Assembly (NCBI RefSeq): GCF_000143415.4
Contig: NW_003314303.1
Coordinates: 1,594,785-1,658,784, forward strand
DNA: 64,000 nucleotides
Source of the DNA: Selaginella moellendorffii
Taxonomy: Eukaryota > Plantae > Lycopodiophyta
Reading direction: 5' to 3'
Shown here: positions 43,393 to 56,958 of the stretch, one piece after another
How positions within the stretch are numbered: the stretch's first letter is position 1
Layout: every line of letters begins with the position of its first letter
Program-made: the position numbers and the translations under genes
Notes under the pieces: generated by a model
Seen by the model: only the letters and a program-made list of their open reading frames with translations
Told to the model about the DNA's origin: nothing
The model's database searches: none

Positions 43393-46300
43393 TCACTTTA
43401 AGCTCTCTATAAACTTTTCCACTGTGTCTCTCAATGCTATGCCATCTTTAGCTGAACGAAGAGACCTTTGTGGAAGGTAGCCTGCATCATGGTTAAATTT
43501 GTCGGGGTCAAAATCTTCCATGAACCTATCATTCCCTGTGATCATTAAGTTATGTAGCACACAACAAGCCATGATGTTATTTGCAAGGATGCCTAGATGA
43601 CCTTTAAATCCTTTCCAAGCTAGCAATTTCCATTGCCTCTTTAAAATTCTAAAAGATCACTCAACAACAATCCTCGTAGAAGAATGAAGGAAGTTGTACT
43701 ACTCTTTGCCATGAAACCTGTTTGGATATGGGACCAAAACTAGTAAAGCACAGTCATATCCTCCATCTACAATGATATATTGTGGAATGTCCCCAAACTC
43801 TGTGTGGTACACTAGACCACATAAATGCTTCTTCTGAATCCAAGCCTTCTTCAAACCACTAGAATTCCAAATTCATCTATCTGGAACACTACCTGCTATC
43901 CCTATTGTTGTCAAGACTCCCAACAAGATCAAGATTGGAAAATGCAAAAGACAAAGAGAAAAGCTAGTGGAAACAAAGAAAAGGCCTTAGACTGGCATTG
44001 ATTCAGATTGTGGAGAAATGGAACAAGGCTAACCTATATATACTATAGGTTGATGAAACTCCACCACTCTTGGATCAAGGACGGCATAAATATAGCTGAG
44101 GTCGAGGAGGCACCACATCATCATTAGAAATGTGGCTCAAGACTTAGGAATTGTATAGGAAATCAGAGAGTCAGGAATAGGGAAGTGTCTTGAGAGTTAG
44201 GAATGTGGTCTGCAGGTCAAGAATCCGGCGAGAGTCAAGAATGTGGCAATAATTGGGGGATTCCTGACAGCACCCCCTCCTCAAGAACGAGTGGAACAAG
44301 GACGTGAAAGAGAACGAAGAGGAGGATGAGATGAGCGGCGAGGGATGGGAGATGGATAAAAAGAATGAGGACTAGGACGAGAAGGATAGCGGCAGTGGAA
44401 GTCTTGAACAAGGTCAGGAGAATGAATCAGGTTGTCCGCAGGTTCCCAAGTGCGTTCCTCAGGTCCATAACCCTTCCAGTCGACCAAATAGTAGAGTTTA
44501 GACCGTGAAATCTTGGAATCAAGGATGTCTTGAACCTCGTACTTAGACCCATCCTCGAGCTGCACTGGTGGAGGCGGAGGAATGACCCGACTTGGAATAG
44601 GACTGGAAATATAAGAATATAAGGCTCAAGGAGAGAGGAGTGAAAAACAGGGTGAATTTGATATGAGGAGGGAAGTGCAAGGCGATAAGTGACAGGATTA
44701 ATGATGGCAGTGATAGGGAAAGGACCGAGGCATTTGAAATCAAGTTTTGGATAGGGCCTAGTGGTGGAGATATTTTGCCTGAGGAGCCAGACTTTATCCC
44801 CGATATCGTAAAAGGGACAATCCTGACGATGGACATTGGCAAATGTTTTGTGAGATTCCTGAGCACGATAGAGGTGGAAGGAGATGGAGTTGTGGATTTC
44901 CTGGAGGTTGGAGACAAATGCCTCAGAGCAGGGATTTGAACGAGAGGATTCAGATGGAGAAGGAAATGAGAGATTGAATCGGGGATTTCGGCCAGAGTTC
45001 GCAAAGAAGGGGGAAATTCGAAGAGAGGAGTGAACAGAGTTGTTATAGGAGAACTCAGCAAGGAGAAGGATATTGAACCAATTATCCTGATGATAGTTGA
45101 TGAAGCACCTCAAGAATTGTTCCAATGTCTGAATCGTTCACTCGGACTGTCCATCAGTTTGAGGATGATATGCTGAAGAGAGGTTGGTCTTCACTCCAAG
45201 CAGCTGCAAAAACCGTTGCCAGAAATGAGAGATGAACTGAGGTCCCCGATCCGAAACCACATCTGCAGGAATCCCATGAAGTCAGAAAATTTCCCTGAAT
45301 ACCAGTTTTGCCATGTCCTCGCTCGAAAACTCCTTGATACACGGCAGGAAGTGAGCCATCTTTGTGAAGTGATCCACCACGACTAAAATGTTGTTGAAGC
45401 CTCCAGAACTCAGAAGATCACTCAAGAAATCCATGGAGATGGATTCCCAAGGACCTGAAGGGACCGCGAGGAAATGAAGCAAACCTGAAGAAAGGTGGCG
45501 AGGTACTTTATTCCGGGCGCAAGTGTCACAAGAGGTAACAAAAGCTTTGATGTAGTCGTCCATGTGAGGCCACCAAAAGTCCCGTGCAACTAGCTCATAG
45601 GTTTTTGCAATGCCGAAGTGACCAGCAGTCAGCCTATCGTGGCACACCATCAAGACCAACCTTCGAGCATCACCTTCAGGAACGTAAAGCTGCTCCCCAC
45701 GGTACAATAAGCCATCTAAGAACTCAAACTCGTCAAATTGCCAGCAGTCGGGAGTCACTGGGTGTCCAGCCTGAAGATACTGGTGAGATCATCGGATTGA
45801 AGATCATTTCTGATCGCATCCATCAAGGAGGAGTCCTGAGGGGCTAGGGAAATTGCCATAACTTGAAGCCGATCAGGACCGAGGATAACTTGATCCTGTT
45901 GATCGAAGGCAGGATTACCAGGCCTGAGACTGAGATAGGAGCGCCTTGAAAGAGCATAAGAAAGGCCTTGAAGCTTTCCAGGTTTGTACTTGATAACAAA
46001 GTCAAACCGACTCAAGAATTGTGCCCACCTTGCTTGACAACACCTCAAAACTCGGGAAGTGGCAAAGCACTTGAGATTTTTGTGATCCATCCAGACTGTT
46101 GTTTGATGGCCCGCCCCCTCCAAGAAACGGCGCCACTCTCCAAAGAAATCCACGATGGCAAGGAGCTCCTTGTCCTGGATTTCGTAATTGATCTCCGCAG
46201 GCTGGAATTTCCAAAAATGGAAAGCGACCGGATGAAATTCTTGATTCGCTCCGAGTTGAGACAGCACAGCACCGATGGCAAAGTTGGAGGCGTCAGCCTC

Positions 46301-49300
46301 GATGAAGAAAGGTTGTGAGGGATCAGTGTGGATCAAGACGGGAGTAGAATTGAAGGCCATCTTGAGTGTGTCAAAGGCCTACTGGGCAGCAGCAGACCAA
46401 GAGAAGGGAACATCCTTGCGAGTGAGATGCGTAAGAGGAAGGACAATATCAGAGTAGTGATCAATGAATTTGCGGTAGAAGTTGGCAAAGCCAAGGAAAA
46501 CCTGAACGTCCAACATTGATTGTGGAGGCTCCCATTCGAGAATAGTCTTGACTTTGGCAGGATCCATTGTGATACCCTCAGGAGTGACAATATACCCAAA
46601 GAACTCCACAGACTGCTAATCGAAGGAACATTTCTCAAGCTTCACGTATAGGCCGTGTTCTTGCAGCTTCGCCAGCACCTTGCGTACATGTTCGTCGTGC
46701 TCCTCCTAAGTTTTTGAGTAGATGAGGATGTCATCGAGGTAGACGATCACTATCTGATCAAGAAACTCCCAAAAGACGTCGTTCGCCATGTGTTGGAAAA
46801 CTGCTAGAGCATTTGTCAAGCCAAATGGCATGACAGTGTACTCGAAGTGGCCACACTCGGAACACAGTCTTCCATTCATCACCAGGCCAAATCTGGATCA
46901 GGTTGTATGCTCCACGGAGGTCGATCTTGGTGAAGAAGCGGGCACCGCCGAGGCATTCCAACAGGTCCGAGATCAGGGGCAGCGGATATCAGTTCCGAAC
47001 AGTCACCTTGTTCAAACCTCGGTAGTCGATGACTAGCCGTAAACTCCCATCCTTCTTCTTGACAAAGAAGACAGGCGCTCCAGCCGGGGATTGCGAATGC
47101 TGAATGTACCCTAAGGCAAGGTTCTCATCCATGTACTCTTTGAGGGCCTTAAGCTCGGACGGGGATAACCCATAGATAGGCCCCCACGGAGGTGACGCTC
47201 CTTTCTGTAAATCAATGGGACAGTCATAAGGCCGATAAACAGGCAGTACACTAGCTTTTTTCTTGTCAAACACATCCCCAAAATCATGATATTTCTCAAG
47301 AAGACTGACAGGAGAAACATGCAAAGCAAAAAGGAAAATAAGTTCTTCATGAAGGAGTTCTTTCATAGTGATGGTGGAGATAGGAGGAGGCATACGACTA
47401 AATGGAATGATGAGATAAGGATACTGTCCAGTGTAAGATGGAAGAGAGGAAAAAGAAGAGGGTGAAAACTTCGTAGAGTCAAGAACAGAACCTTGATTTG
47501 AGTTTAGGGAACTTTTCCTGATTCAGACTTGATGAACAATAGGGGAAGCCGTGGGAGATGGTGATGTGGGAGAGATGAGCTGTAATTCCTTCCAACAGAT
47601 TTGAGGCTGATGTAGTTGGAACCAAGGAAGACCAAGCACCACAGAGGAGGACTTGCTGTTGATGATGTTGAAGGCGATATTGGTGACAGTGGACCCAATG
47701 TGTACTCGAACGGGCAACGTTTCCTTAAGTCCAAAAGATGGAGACACAAAATGGCTACCGATGCCTTCAACCTTAGATCCCGTATGGTAGGAGAAAGAGG
47801 AACGTGATGTCGGGCAGCAAAGTCCATGTCTATGAAGCAGGAAGTTGCACCTGAGTCCAGTAGCGCCAGAACCTTGAGTCCTGATTGTCCGGTGAAAGAA
47901 AGGAGACATGGGACGCAGAAGTTGCAGGAATTGGTGGTGGCTTTGATGAAAGGTGATGAGGAGCTTGATAAAGAAGAAAAGTGATTTTTATTTGGGGAGT
48001 CCAAACAGACAGCTCCTACTCTATTTGGACAGGGTCGTTTCCCGACTGCAACAGAGGTGGACTTTGAGGCAGAGTGAACTCGAGCAGTCGGGGAGGCTTT
48101 TTGGGACACACAGCTGCTTTGTGATTAGGATCAGCATAGTAGAGGCAAAGATTATAAGATATTCGACGTTGCTTCTTAGCAAGACTCAACTTCCCTCTAA
48201 TGAGTCGGGGAGTACCAAAAAATCTCCATCGGGACCGGAGTAGTAGGTTCAGGAGTATGCCCCGAAGACTCAAGCTGGGATTCTTGAGTCTGGGATGGAA
48301 AAATAGCGGTGCGGCAACTTTCTTAATGACGTTCAAAGAGACGATTGTCACATCGAACAGCTTTGTTGATGGCGTCCGATAGGTCCTTAGGATCCTCCAT
48401 GGTGAGCAACAAATCCTTGACACCATTGTTGAGGCCAAAACGAAATTGGTCAATCAAGGCCCGCTCATCCCACTAAGTGTCCAAGGCAAGGAGTTGGAAC
48501 TCTGCAGCGTAGATCGAGGCAGGACGAGACCCCTGAGAGAGACATCTCATCTTTGTGGTAGCAGCCCGAACCCGATCCGTCTCGCCAAAACATGCTTCGA
48601 GCTTCTCTTTGAACAATTGAAGATCCATCAACTCCGGAACCACGACCCCTTTCATGCTCTTCTCTAGAAGAGGAGAAAACCATGACAAAGCTGCACTATC
48701 GAGCAACGTCCCAATCGCGCTAATTTGAGACTCAGGAGTGGGGTACCGCTAATGTTGAAGTGCGAAGATCAGCTCCATCTAGTTCAGGAATCCGCAAAGC
48801 TTTGAACGCTTGCCTGAATATTTCGTCAGGAAACTCACTTTCGGTTCAGGAACTTTGCTGGATCCTTGAGCCGAAAGTGAAGCAAGCTCCTGTTACATGC
48901 GAAGAAGGGTCACCTTCAGCTCGGTATTCTCAGACTAGATTTTTGCAAGGACTTCGGCAAAGAAATTAGGATGGCTTGGAGACTCCATTAGCAAGAAGGA
49001 AGAAAAAAGGGGGAAAAAAGGCAAAGGTAGTCAAACAATCAAAACGAGCTAAAGCAAAAAATGAAAAAACACAATTTGAATCAAACCATCAAGACCCCCA
49101 ACAAGATCAAGACTGGAAAATGCAAAAGACAAAGAGAAAAGCTAGTGGAAACAAAGAAAAGGCCTTACACTGCTGTTGATTCAGATTGTGGAGAAATGGA
49201 ACAAGGCTAACCTATATATACTATAGGTTGATGAAGCTCCACCACTCTTGGATCGAGGACGGCCTAAATATAGCTGAGGTCGAGGAAGCGCCACATCATC

Positions 49301-49627
49301 ATCAGGAATGTGGCTCAAGACTCAAGTATCATATAGGAAATCAAAGAGTCAGGAATAGGGAAGTGTCTCGAGAGTTAGGAATGTGGTTTGCAGGTCAGGA
49401 ATCTGGCAAGAGTCAGGAATGAAGTCTATCACGGCTTGAACTACCATCGAGTAGTATTTGTTTGCCCCAACATACCAATATATTGCATCCTCTGATCCTA
49501 GGAGCTTGATTGCAATGTCAGTGCAATCCATTGCACCACAACAGTTTGGGAATCCATGCAATCCCTGAAATCCAGTTATAACTTCTTTCATTCCCTCCTC
49601 ATCCGGCCAATGGATCATTAGTCCTTC
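43393..49627 (-). pseudogene. Harbinger DDE transposase, split into 49627-49422 and 43908-43393 (N-terminus probably at ~54478-54750)
   Basis: WPDEEGMKEV..GFPNCCGAMDCT..YSMVVQAVID | TIGIAGSVPD ... IMACCVLHNL. Confidence 0.8.
43909..49421 (-). mobile_element. Ty3/gypsy chromovirus (Tcn1-like), degenerate. LTRs 43909-44269 and ~49088-49421.
   Basis: TGTCA..TGACA LTR, PPT at 44270-44285, [18 protein letters not shown] and YLDD, RH ADASNFAIG, INT, and chromodomain YEVQDILD..YLVDWKGY..TWEP. Confidence 0.9.
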
Positions 49628-52600
49628 TGTAAGCCACAAATTTTTCCTTTCCAATTTGCCAGCTTACCTCGTCTATCTGCCCAACACTGCCTTGGCTTGT
49701 GCTAAGTTCCCTCGCCAAGGTTCTCGCCTATGGTACCAGTTCCTACTTGGTCCTACTTGGTTTCAGCTACTCACTGCACGAGCAACGGAGTGTTAGCCAT
49801 CCATCTACGGATTCCCAAATCTCTCCCAATCCCCCTCCCCGGGTTAGACTATACTTAAAGTTTGGCTACACTCCCCGCAGGCACAAGCAGCCAAGCACAC
49901 CAAGCCTCCAAGTTCCTAACACCCCTTGGTACAACAAAACTTGATCATGGGACCCTCTAAATCCCAAGCCTTGGGTGTAGCACTTACTTCGGGACGTCGG
50001 GGCGAAACACCATGGCCTAACGGCCCGGTATGGGTACCTCTACCCCCCCACTTCCATCCCGAAGGGAAGGCCCAAGCCCCTAGGAAGGGCGAGGACCAAT
50101 GAGCCACAAGGTACTCAAGTGGGGCACCACTCCACATGAGCCAGGAGCACTGCAGTTGGTTTCCCTTTCGGGAGTGGGAGCTGCTCTTGAGCACTTCCCT
50201 GGGTGGCCCCTTCAGCACCACCCAAGCCCATGCTCACTCCCACCCAAGGCCCCTCGGCCCCAGTCTCAACCACAAGTCAGTTTGGAAGCACCACTGGAGA
50301 GTTCCTTCAAGACTGGTTCCTGGACCTCATTATCCCTACTATACTTTTGGAACCCCCTGCAGTCCTTTTGTAAGCCACAAATTTTTCCTTTCCAATTTGC
50401 CAGTTTACCTCGTCTATCCGCCCAACACTGCCTTGGCTTGTGCTAAGTTCCCTCGCCAAGGTTTTCGCCTATGGTACCAGTTCCTACTTGGTCCTACTTA
50501 GTTTCAGCTACTCACTACACAGGCAACAGAGTGTTAGCCATCCATCTATGGATTCCCAAATCTCTCCCAATCCCCCTCCCCGGGTTAGACTAGACTTAAG
50601 GTTCGGCTACACTCCCCGCAGGCACAAGCAGCCAAGCACACCAAGCCTCCAAGTTCCTAACACCCCTTGGTACAACAAAACTTGATCATGGGACCCTCTA
50701 AATCCCAAACCTTGGGTGTAGCACTTACTTCGGGATGTCAGGGCGAAACACCATGGCCTAATGGCCTGGTATGGGTACCTCTACCCCCCCACTTCCATCC
50801 CGAAGGGAAGGCCCAAGCCCCTAGGAAGGGCGAGGACCAATGAGCCACAAGGTACTCAAGTGGGGCACCACTCCACATAAGCCAGGAGCACCGTAGTTGG
50901 TTTCCCTTTCGGGAGTGGGAGCTGCTCTTGAGCACTTCCCTGGGTGGCCCCTCCGGCACCACCCAAGCCCATGCTCACTCCCACCCAAGGCCCCTCGGAC
51001 TCGATCTCGGACCCGACTTCAGACTCGGTCTCGGACTCGATTTCGGACTCGATTTCAGACTCGATCTCGGACCCGATCTCGGACTCGGTCTCGAACTCGG
51101 TCTCGAACTCGGTCTCGAACTCGGTCTCGAACTCGGTCTTGAACTCAGTCTCGAACTCGGTCTCCGATTCGGTCTCGGACTCGATCCCAGACTCTATCTC
51201 GAACTCGGTCTCAGAGTCGGTCTTGGACTCGATCTTCGACTTGGTCCCATCCGATGAACTCTTTGTCATTTCGGTCATGCTTTCGGGGATCCTTTAGCCT
51301 ACGACACCTCGAGGAGTCGGTTCCTTACAACTCCACCACCCATAGAAGAAGTTCGATGCCCACATCGAACGTCTCTTTTTATCCTACGACTTGTTGACCA
51401 TGTCTCCGGGGACATCCCCCCACTTAGCGATGTGCCTAAGTTAGCCTCCCCGGCCAAGAGCCCATGACAACGGAGTATAGGTGTCCTATATTCCTCACCT
51501 CACCACGCCCTAGTATGGGGTCGAGACTTGAACCCAACCTCCGTAGAATACGTTTACAGATTCGACATCCCCGCGGGGAGTCAGGCATAGTGCCCTACGC
51601 CTGGTCGACCTAGCTAACCCATGCTAATTAACTTACCTTCGGCGCGCCTTCGGTTCCCAACATATGCCATTGCTCAACTTCACAAATTGATACTTTAATT
51701 GAACTTTGCATAAGTACATAAAGTTCTGCCTTGCAGAAATTCCTCCACTAGATCTCGCGCGTTCGCTAGGTTCTCCTCCGGTTCCCATGTTTCTTCACAG
51801 TGTGGAAATCCTTTCCACTTCACATGGAACTCTCTCACCTCACGTCCTTGTCACTTGCTCTTGCACGCATTGAGGATGGCCTCGACTTCGTATTCCTCTT
51901 CCCCTTGGATAACTTCAGGTAAAGGTCTTATTTGGTCCTTGCGAAGCGGATCCTCAAAGTACGACTTGAGTAAGTTCACGTGGAACACTGGGTGCATCTT
52001 CCCCATCTCTCAAGGAAGTCGGAGTCGGTAAGCCACTTTACCGATTCGTGCCTCAATCTCTTAAGGCCCCGCGAACCTGCTTAAGGAACTCAAGATCAAT
52101 TCATTTATAGGAATACATGCGTTCTTACCTTTGGGTCAACTTTCGGTTGATCCCACTTGGTAGCCTGAGGTTCTTGGTGTTCAGCCACACCTTCTCCCCA
52201 GCTTGGAACTCTATGTCCCGGCGCTTCTGGTTTACGTACTTGGTTTGCCTTTGTTGAGGCCGTTCCAAGGAATCCCTCACTACATTCCAAATGTTGAGTC
52301 TTTCCGCCATGAATGCCTCCACTGCGGGTAGCTCTCCATGATACTCGGCCACGCCGAGTTCCACAAGACCTTCAATAGCTCGCCCATTGATGACTTCCTA
52401 TGGACTCACCCCGATACTCGAATGTGGTGAGTTGTTATAACACATTTCCGCAAGTCCCAAATGACTTACCCAATCGGTTTGGTCTCCCGAGACATAGCAT
52501 CGCAAATAATCCTCCAGCTGCCTATTCACCCTTTCCGTTTGTTCGTCTGTCAAGAAGTGTTAGTGCCACCAACTTGACTTAATACCCCATACCTGTCTGT

Positions 52601-54477
52601 GGGTGATAGGCTATGCTGAATTTCAACTTGGTGCGATACTGTTCCAAGAGAGTCCTCTAGAACCTGCTAGTGAAGATCTTATCTCAATCTGAGATAATCT
52701 CTTCCGGCCTTTCCCGCACTCGAACCACTTGTTCGAAGAATAGCTTCGCCACACCTTCCGCATCCACTTCCGTTGTGGGTATGAAATGTGCCATTTTTCC
52801 AAAATCGGTCCACCACCACGAATATCGCATCAAACCCCTTGCTTGGGGGAAGTCCCGTGATGAAGTCCATCGTAAAACATTTCCACGGACGATCTGGAAT
52901 TGGGATGCTTTGCAACAAACCCCCACTAGCCTTAGTCACGACTTTGACCTGCTGACATGTTGGACATGTCTTTACATAGTCTTGGACGTCCTTAGCCATA
53001 TCTGGCCAATGGTACTTCCTCTTGAGTAAGCCCATTGTCTTGGGCACTCCGCCGTGTCCCTCAAGAGGTCCATCATGACACTCTTCTAAGGCTACCTTCC
53101 TTAGTTCCCCTTCTGGAACATACACCCTTGTTTTCTTGTAATAGATGAGTCTGTTGCGTTCCGCATAACCCGTTTTCTCTTCCGTTGGCAGCTCACCTCT
53201 CTGGTGAGCTTCCCGTGCCTCTAGATTCCTCAACAACACTTCTTGTGCTAGACCATCGTTCTCATATGTTGTCCGCACATCGTCCTAGAAGGTTGTTGTT
53301 GCGCTGGATATCACCAACCTTAAGCTCACTTTTCAACTTAGCGCATCCGCTACAATGTTGCTCTTCCCAGGCTTGTACAAAATCTCGCAATCAAACTCGG
53401 CCAAGGCATTGGCCCACCGACCTTGTTTCCCTCTTAGGTCGGGCTGTGACAAGAAGTGTTTCGTTGCCACATTGTCCGTGTAAACCTTGAAGTGTCTCCC
53501 AAGGTAGTGTTGCCACTCCTTGAGCGCCTTGACCACCACAAACAATTCCTTCTCGTGGGCAGGCCACTTCCGTTGAGCCTTATCCAACTTCTTCGAGAAG
53601 AACGCTACTGGATGGTTGTCTTGCTTCAAAACTACGCCCAACGCAAAGTCTGAAGCATCCGTTTCTACCTCAAAGTCTTTACCAAAGTCTGGTAATGCCA
53701 ACACGGGAGCCTTCCTCAACTTCCCTTTGAGGTGGACGAATGTCGCCTCGCATTCCGCTGTCCACACCATCTTCCCTTTTCCTATCTGGTCCGTTAAGGG
53801 CAAGGCTACTCTCGAATAGTGTCTGATAAACTTTCGGTAGTAGTTGCATAGCCCCAAGAACACCCTCAACTCATTTACATTCGATGGTCGCTCTCATTCT
53901 TGGATCGCTTGAACCTTCTCTGAGTCCACCTTGAGCTCGTCCTGGCCCACCACATGCCCGAGAAACTTTACCTTTTATTGAGCAAAGTCACATTTGCTCT
54001 CTTTAGCATACAGTTTGTGTTCCCTTAGTTTCTCAAACACCTTGGGTCGGTGCCTAATTATTCTTCGGACATCGCCAAGTGTTCAGCATGCTCCTCTAGC
54101 GTCTCACTATAGATCAGGATGTCGTCGATATAAATGACCACAAAGTGATCTAGATAGGGTACAAAGATGTGGTTCATTAGCACTGAAAATGTTGCTGGCG
54201 CATTGCATAGCCCGAAGGGCATCACCAGAAACGCAAAGCTCCCATACCTCGTTCGACAGGTTGTCTTCTCGACATCTTCCTCGGCTACCCTAATCTGGTA
54301 GTATCCTGACCTTAGGTCAATCCTCAAGAAGTATTTTGCCTTTTCCAACCTATCGAACAGGTCCTCAATTCTTGGCAAAGGGTACTTTGTTCTTCTTTGT
54401 ATACTTGTTGAGCAACCGGTAGTCTATGCACATACGCATAGAACCATCTTTCTTTTTCACAAATAACACTAACGCCC
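49628..54477 (-). mobile_element. Ty3/gypsy chromovirus (Galadriel-like), 5'-truncated. The 3' LTR (49628-51329) has an internal ~740-bp tandem duplication.
   Basis: [34 protein letters not shown], chromodomain EYEVEAIL..VKWKGF..TWEP. LTR termini TGTAAG..CTTACA, with a purine-rich PPT-like tract adjacent at 51330-51345. 49628-50257 is repeated at 50369-50998. Confidence 0.87.
50995..51245. repeat. Hexamer/12-mer tandem array (TCGGAC/TCGAAC/TCGGTC) inside the LTR
   Basis: Read directly; related to the array at 4070-4800. Confidence 0.9.
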
Positions 54478-55267
54478 CTAGGAGCTTCGATCGATCGATA
54501 ACCCTAGGAGCTTCTTTTTAGTGATCACTTTCTCAACAAATGAAGATGTAGCGGGACATGGCATAGAAAGCATTATAGCAATCACTTCCTCCACCATTCG
54601 AATGAGTAAGAGTTTTCTTGAAACTAGAACTAAAATCATGTCCTCCTCCTCTAGAAAGAACAACTCTACCAAATTTAAATACCTCATCACAATCCCTACA
54701 ACATGGGAAATGGCCAAAGAAGAATTACTAAGCCGTGTGCTCAATTTAGGGCAAACAAAATTGGCACCCTAATCATTTATGACGTGGAAAAAAAAATGCT
54801 GATGTGTAAACCTACATGGCATATAAAAAAAGGGGTTACATGTAACCATTAAAAAAAAGGGGAGGGGAGTTTTTTTTGGGGGGGGGGAGAAATTTCCAGG
54901 TGGGTGGAGCATGGAATCCCACCCTTACTGTGCTCAGATCTTGATTGCCTTTGTTCATTGTGCCTATTGCTGCCCTGCTGCATCCCAAGAAGTCCCCACT
55001 GATCCGCCGCCCGATCCTCTGTAACAAACCCCTCAGATCTCCCTACGGAGTCATCCCCCCACGTGTTCTGCCTCACTTTGTTCTACGGGCTCATTATTGG
55101 CCGCTACAACATTCTCACTCATCCTCGTCATTACGGTTCTGTTTTGGGCACTGGTGAGCCATGAGGATCTTACCTCTTTGATACCATGTAGGATTTATGG
55201 AAACGGCTCGGTATGTGATGTGGCTAGTAACTTGGACCTTGTGCTTCCCGACAGGTCCATCGCAGCC

Positions 55268-56562
55268 CCAGACGATCGAGCTAGTCGGGACCCATGATCT
55301 TGGCACTTCTCGCAGATCATCTCGCGGGCTAGCAGCGCTTGCGCGAAGAAGAGGCTCGGCAAGTCAGAAGCCTCGTAGCGTCTGTGAGAGAGGCACTGCT
55401 CGTGGCATTTGCGAAGGGCGAGCAGGACAGGAACTGGATCTACTGCGCCGAGGATCTTGACGAGTTAAAACAGGTGGCAGCAGAGAGACAACGATTTGCT
55501 CTTTGCGGTGGACGAGTACGATGTTTATGACGCGAGGTACGGCGCTGCGAGAGCTCGAGCAGGGATCAGCGTGCTTGCATGCTGGATCGGAGAAGCGCTT
55601 CCATCGTGATCGAGCGACGAGAATCTCTGAGAGTGCTCGTGAAGAGCGAAGTTGGAGCTTTCCTGCAATGGAAGGGTCTCGACAGCGGAGATGCACGTGC
55701 TAACCGGCTATCTTCTGCTGCGTAGCCCTAAAAGCAGAGCCAGATCTTTTGTTGACGGAAGAAATCGTTTGCTGACATATCCAGGAACCTCAGCTTGGGG
55801 AAACGAGCTACGAGCAGTCACGGTTGAAGAATTCAGTGGATCGCCGGAGATCAAAATGCGTGCTCTTAAACTCACTAAACAGTTGCTGAATTGACTTAAC
55901 CAGAAGAATTCATGGAAAGAGTAGCAACAACTCCTTCATCAGCTTCATACCTCTTCATTGTCCAAACCATTGGGGGATGGACTTCAGCTGTGATACCTCC
56001 ACCAGAGGAAGCTTTTTGTGAAGATTGGAGATCGGAGATAGATTTTGTTTGGCATTTCAATGATCTTAGAGTGTATTTCAGTATTAAGAGCATAGCATTT
56101 TATTACACCAGAGTATTAGGAGTATAGCATTTTATTCCACCACATATACTTTTGAAAGTAGCACCAGTGTGACCACTGGCAATGGAGCTTGCTACGCTTC
56201 ACTCTTGGAGGCTTAAACTAGTGCCACCACTTTGAGTACAAGGTCTCCCAGCGGACCGGAAGTATAAAAGGACGGAAGCTGCACAATACAATTCTTGCAG
56301 GAATCGCTGACAGACAGCTTATTACTGCCAATGTATGGACAATCAAAGTGTATAGTGGCAACTTTGATGCCCTTCGTATAGATGTCAAATCCACCTGTAG
56401 TCCCAGATGGAGAACCTTGCCTTCCACATGCAGCAAATGGCGGGTTGGGAGAGGTTTCTCCTGCAGCAATGGTTATCCCACCTGGTGCGCTTGCGTCATC
56501 ATTCTCATTTGGGTACTTGAACCACTTTCCAAATGTTAAGAAGGAGTTTTTCACTTCTAAGG
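55268..56562. repeat. Segmental cassette copy C (truncated by an LTR insertion)
   Basis: Highly similar to 24085-25250. Confidence 0.85.
56213..56562 (-). pseudogene. Aegerolysin copy C. The downstream ~115 codons are intact, but the gene is interrupted by a retrotransposon.
   Basis: KNSFLTFGKWFKYPNENDD...CGRQGSPSGTTGGFD...FDCPYIGSNK...SGPLG. Homology to copy A stops at the LTR terminus. Confidence 0.85.
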
Positions 56563-56958
56563 TGTGAAGAGGTGAGAAAACTCCTCTTCGCTGGAAATCT
56601 ATTGTTAGTAAGAAAACAAAAGAGAAAATGGCCCGATCTCCAAGGGCAGAGAAGAAGCACGAGTAAAAGAATGCTGTGTATTGATAAGAAAAACGATGGA
56701 ATGGAGATAGGGATCCACAATTTGGATTCCCCCTTTTGAAATGCTAGCGGTTCTAACTGCTAGCATATACCATATGCTGTGCATGATTTAATCTATGGCT
56801 CCGATGCAGCCCTGGGTTCAAAGTCGGAGTCCCCTGAACCTTGTTTTTGGTTGAGACACTCTGCTCCCCTGACAGAACTAGACACCGTCCTCGGTGCGAA
56901 CATAGTCAGTTTCCATCGCTTGTTGCTGCTGCTGCTCCAGTCGATAGAGGCGACGTTT

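Larger units (their letters stand above)
40477..54924. mobile_element. PIF/Harbinger DNA transposon with 19-bp TIRs and TTA TSD, interrupted by two LTR elements
   Basis: TTA|GGGCGGGGTTTCATGCTCC ... GGAGCATGGAATCCCACCC|TTA. Contains DDE transposase fragments and a convergent Myb/trihelix-like ORF. Confidence 0.85.
36860..55253 (-). mobile_element. Degenerate Ty1/copia element. Gag-pol at 40237-36860, 3'-truncated in RNase H. 5' UTR split by the Harbinger; PBS 55175-55186; short 5' LTR remnant 55187-55253.
   Basis: FTGENFATW, CTYCGKMGH, WLDSGASYHM, WHARLGH, LRTDGGGEY, FKARFVARGF, LYVD, SDADW. TGGTATCAAAG lies next to a TGTAGG..CCGACA segment beyond the Harbinger right end. Confidence 0.82.
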
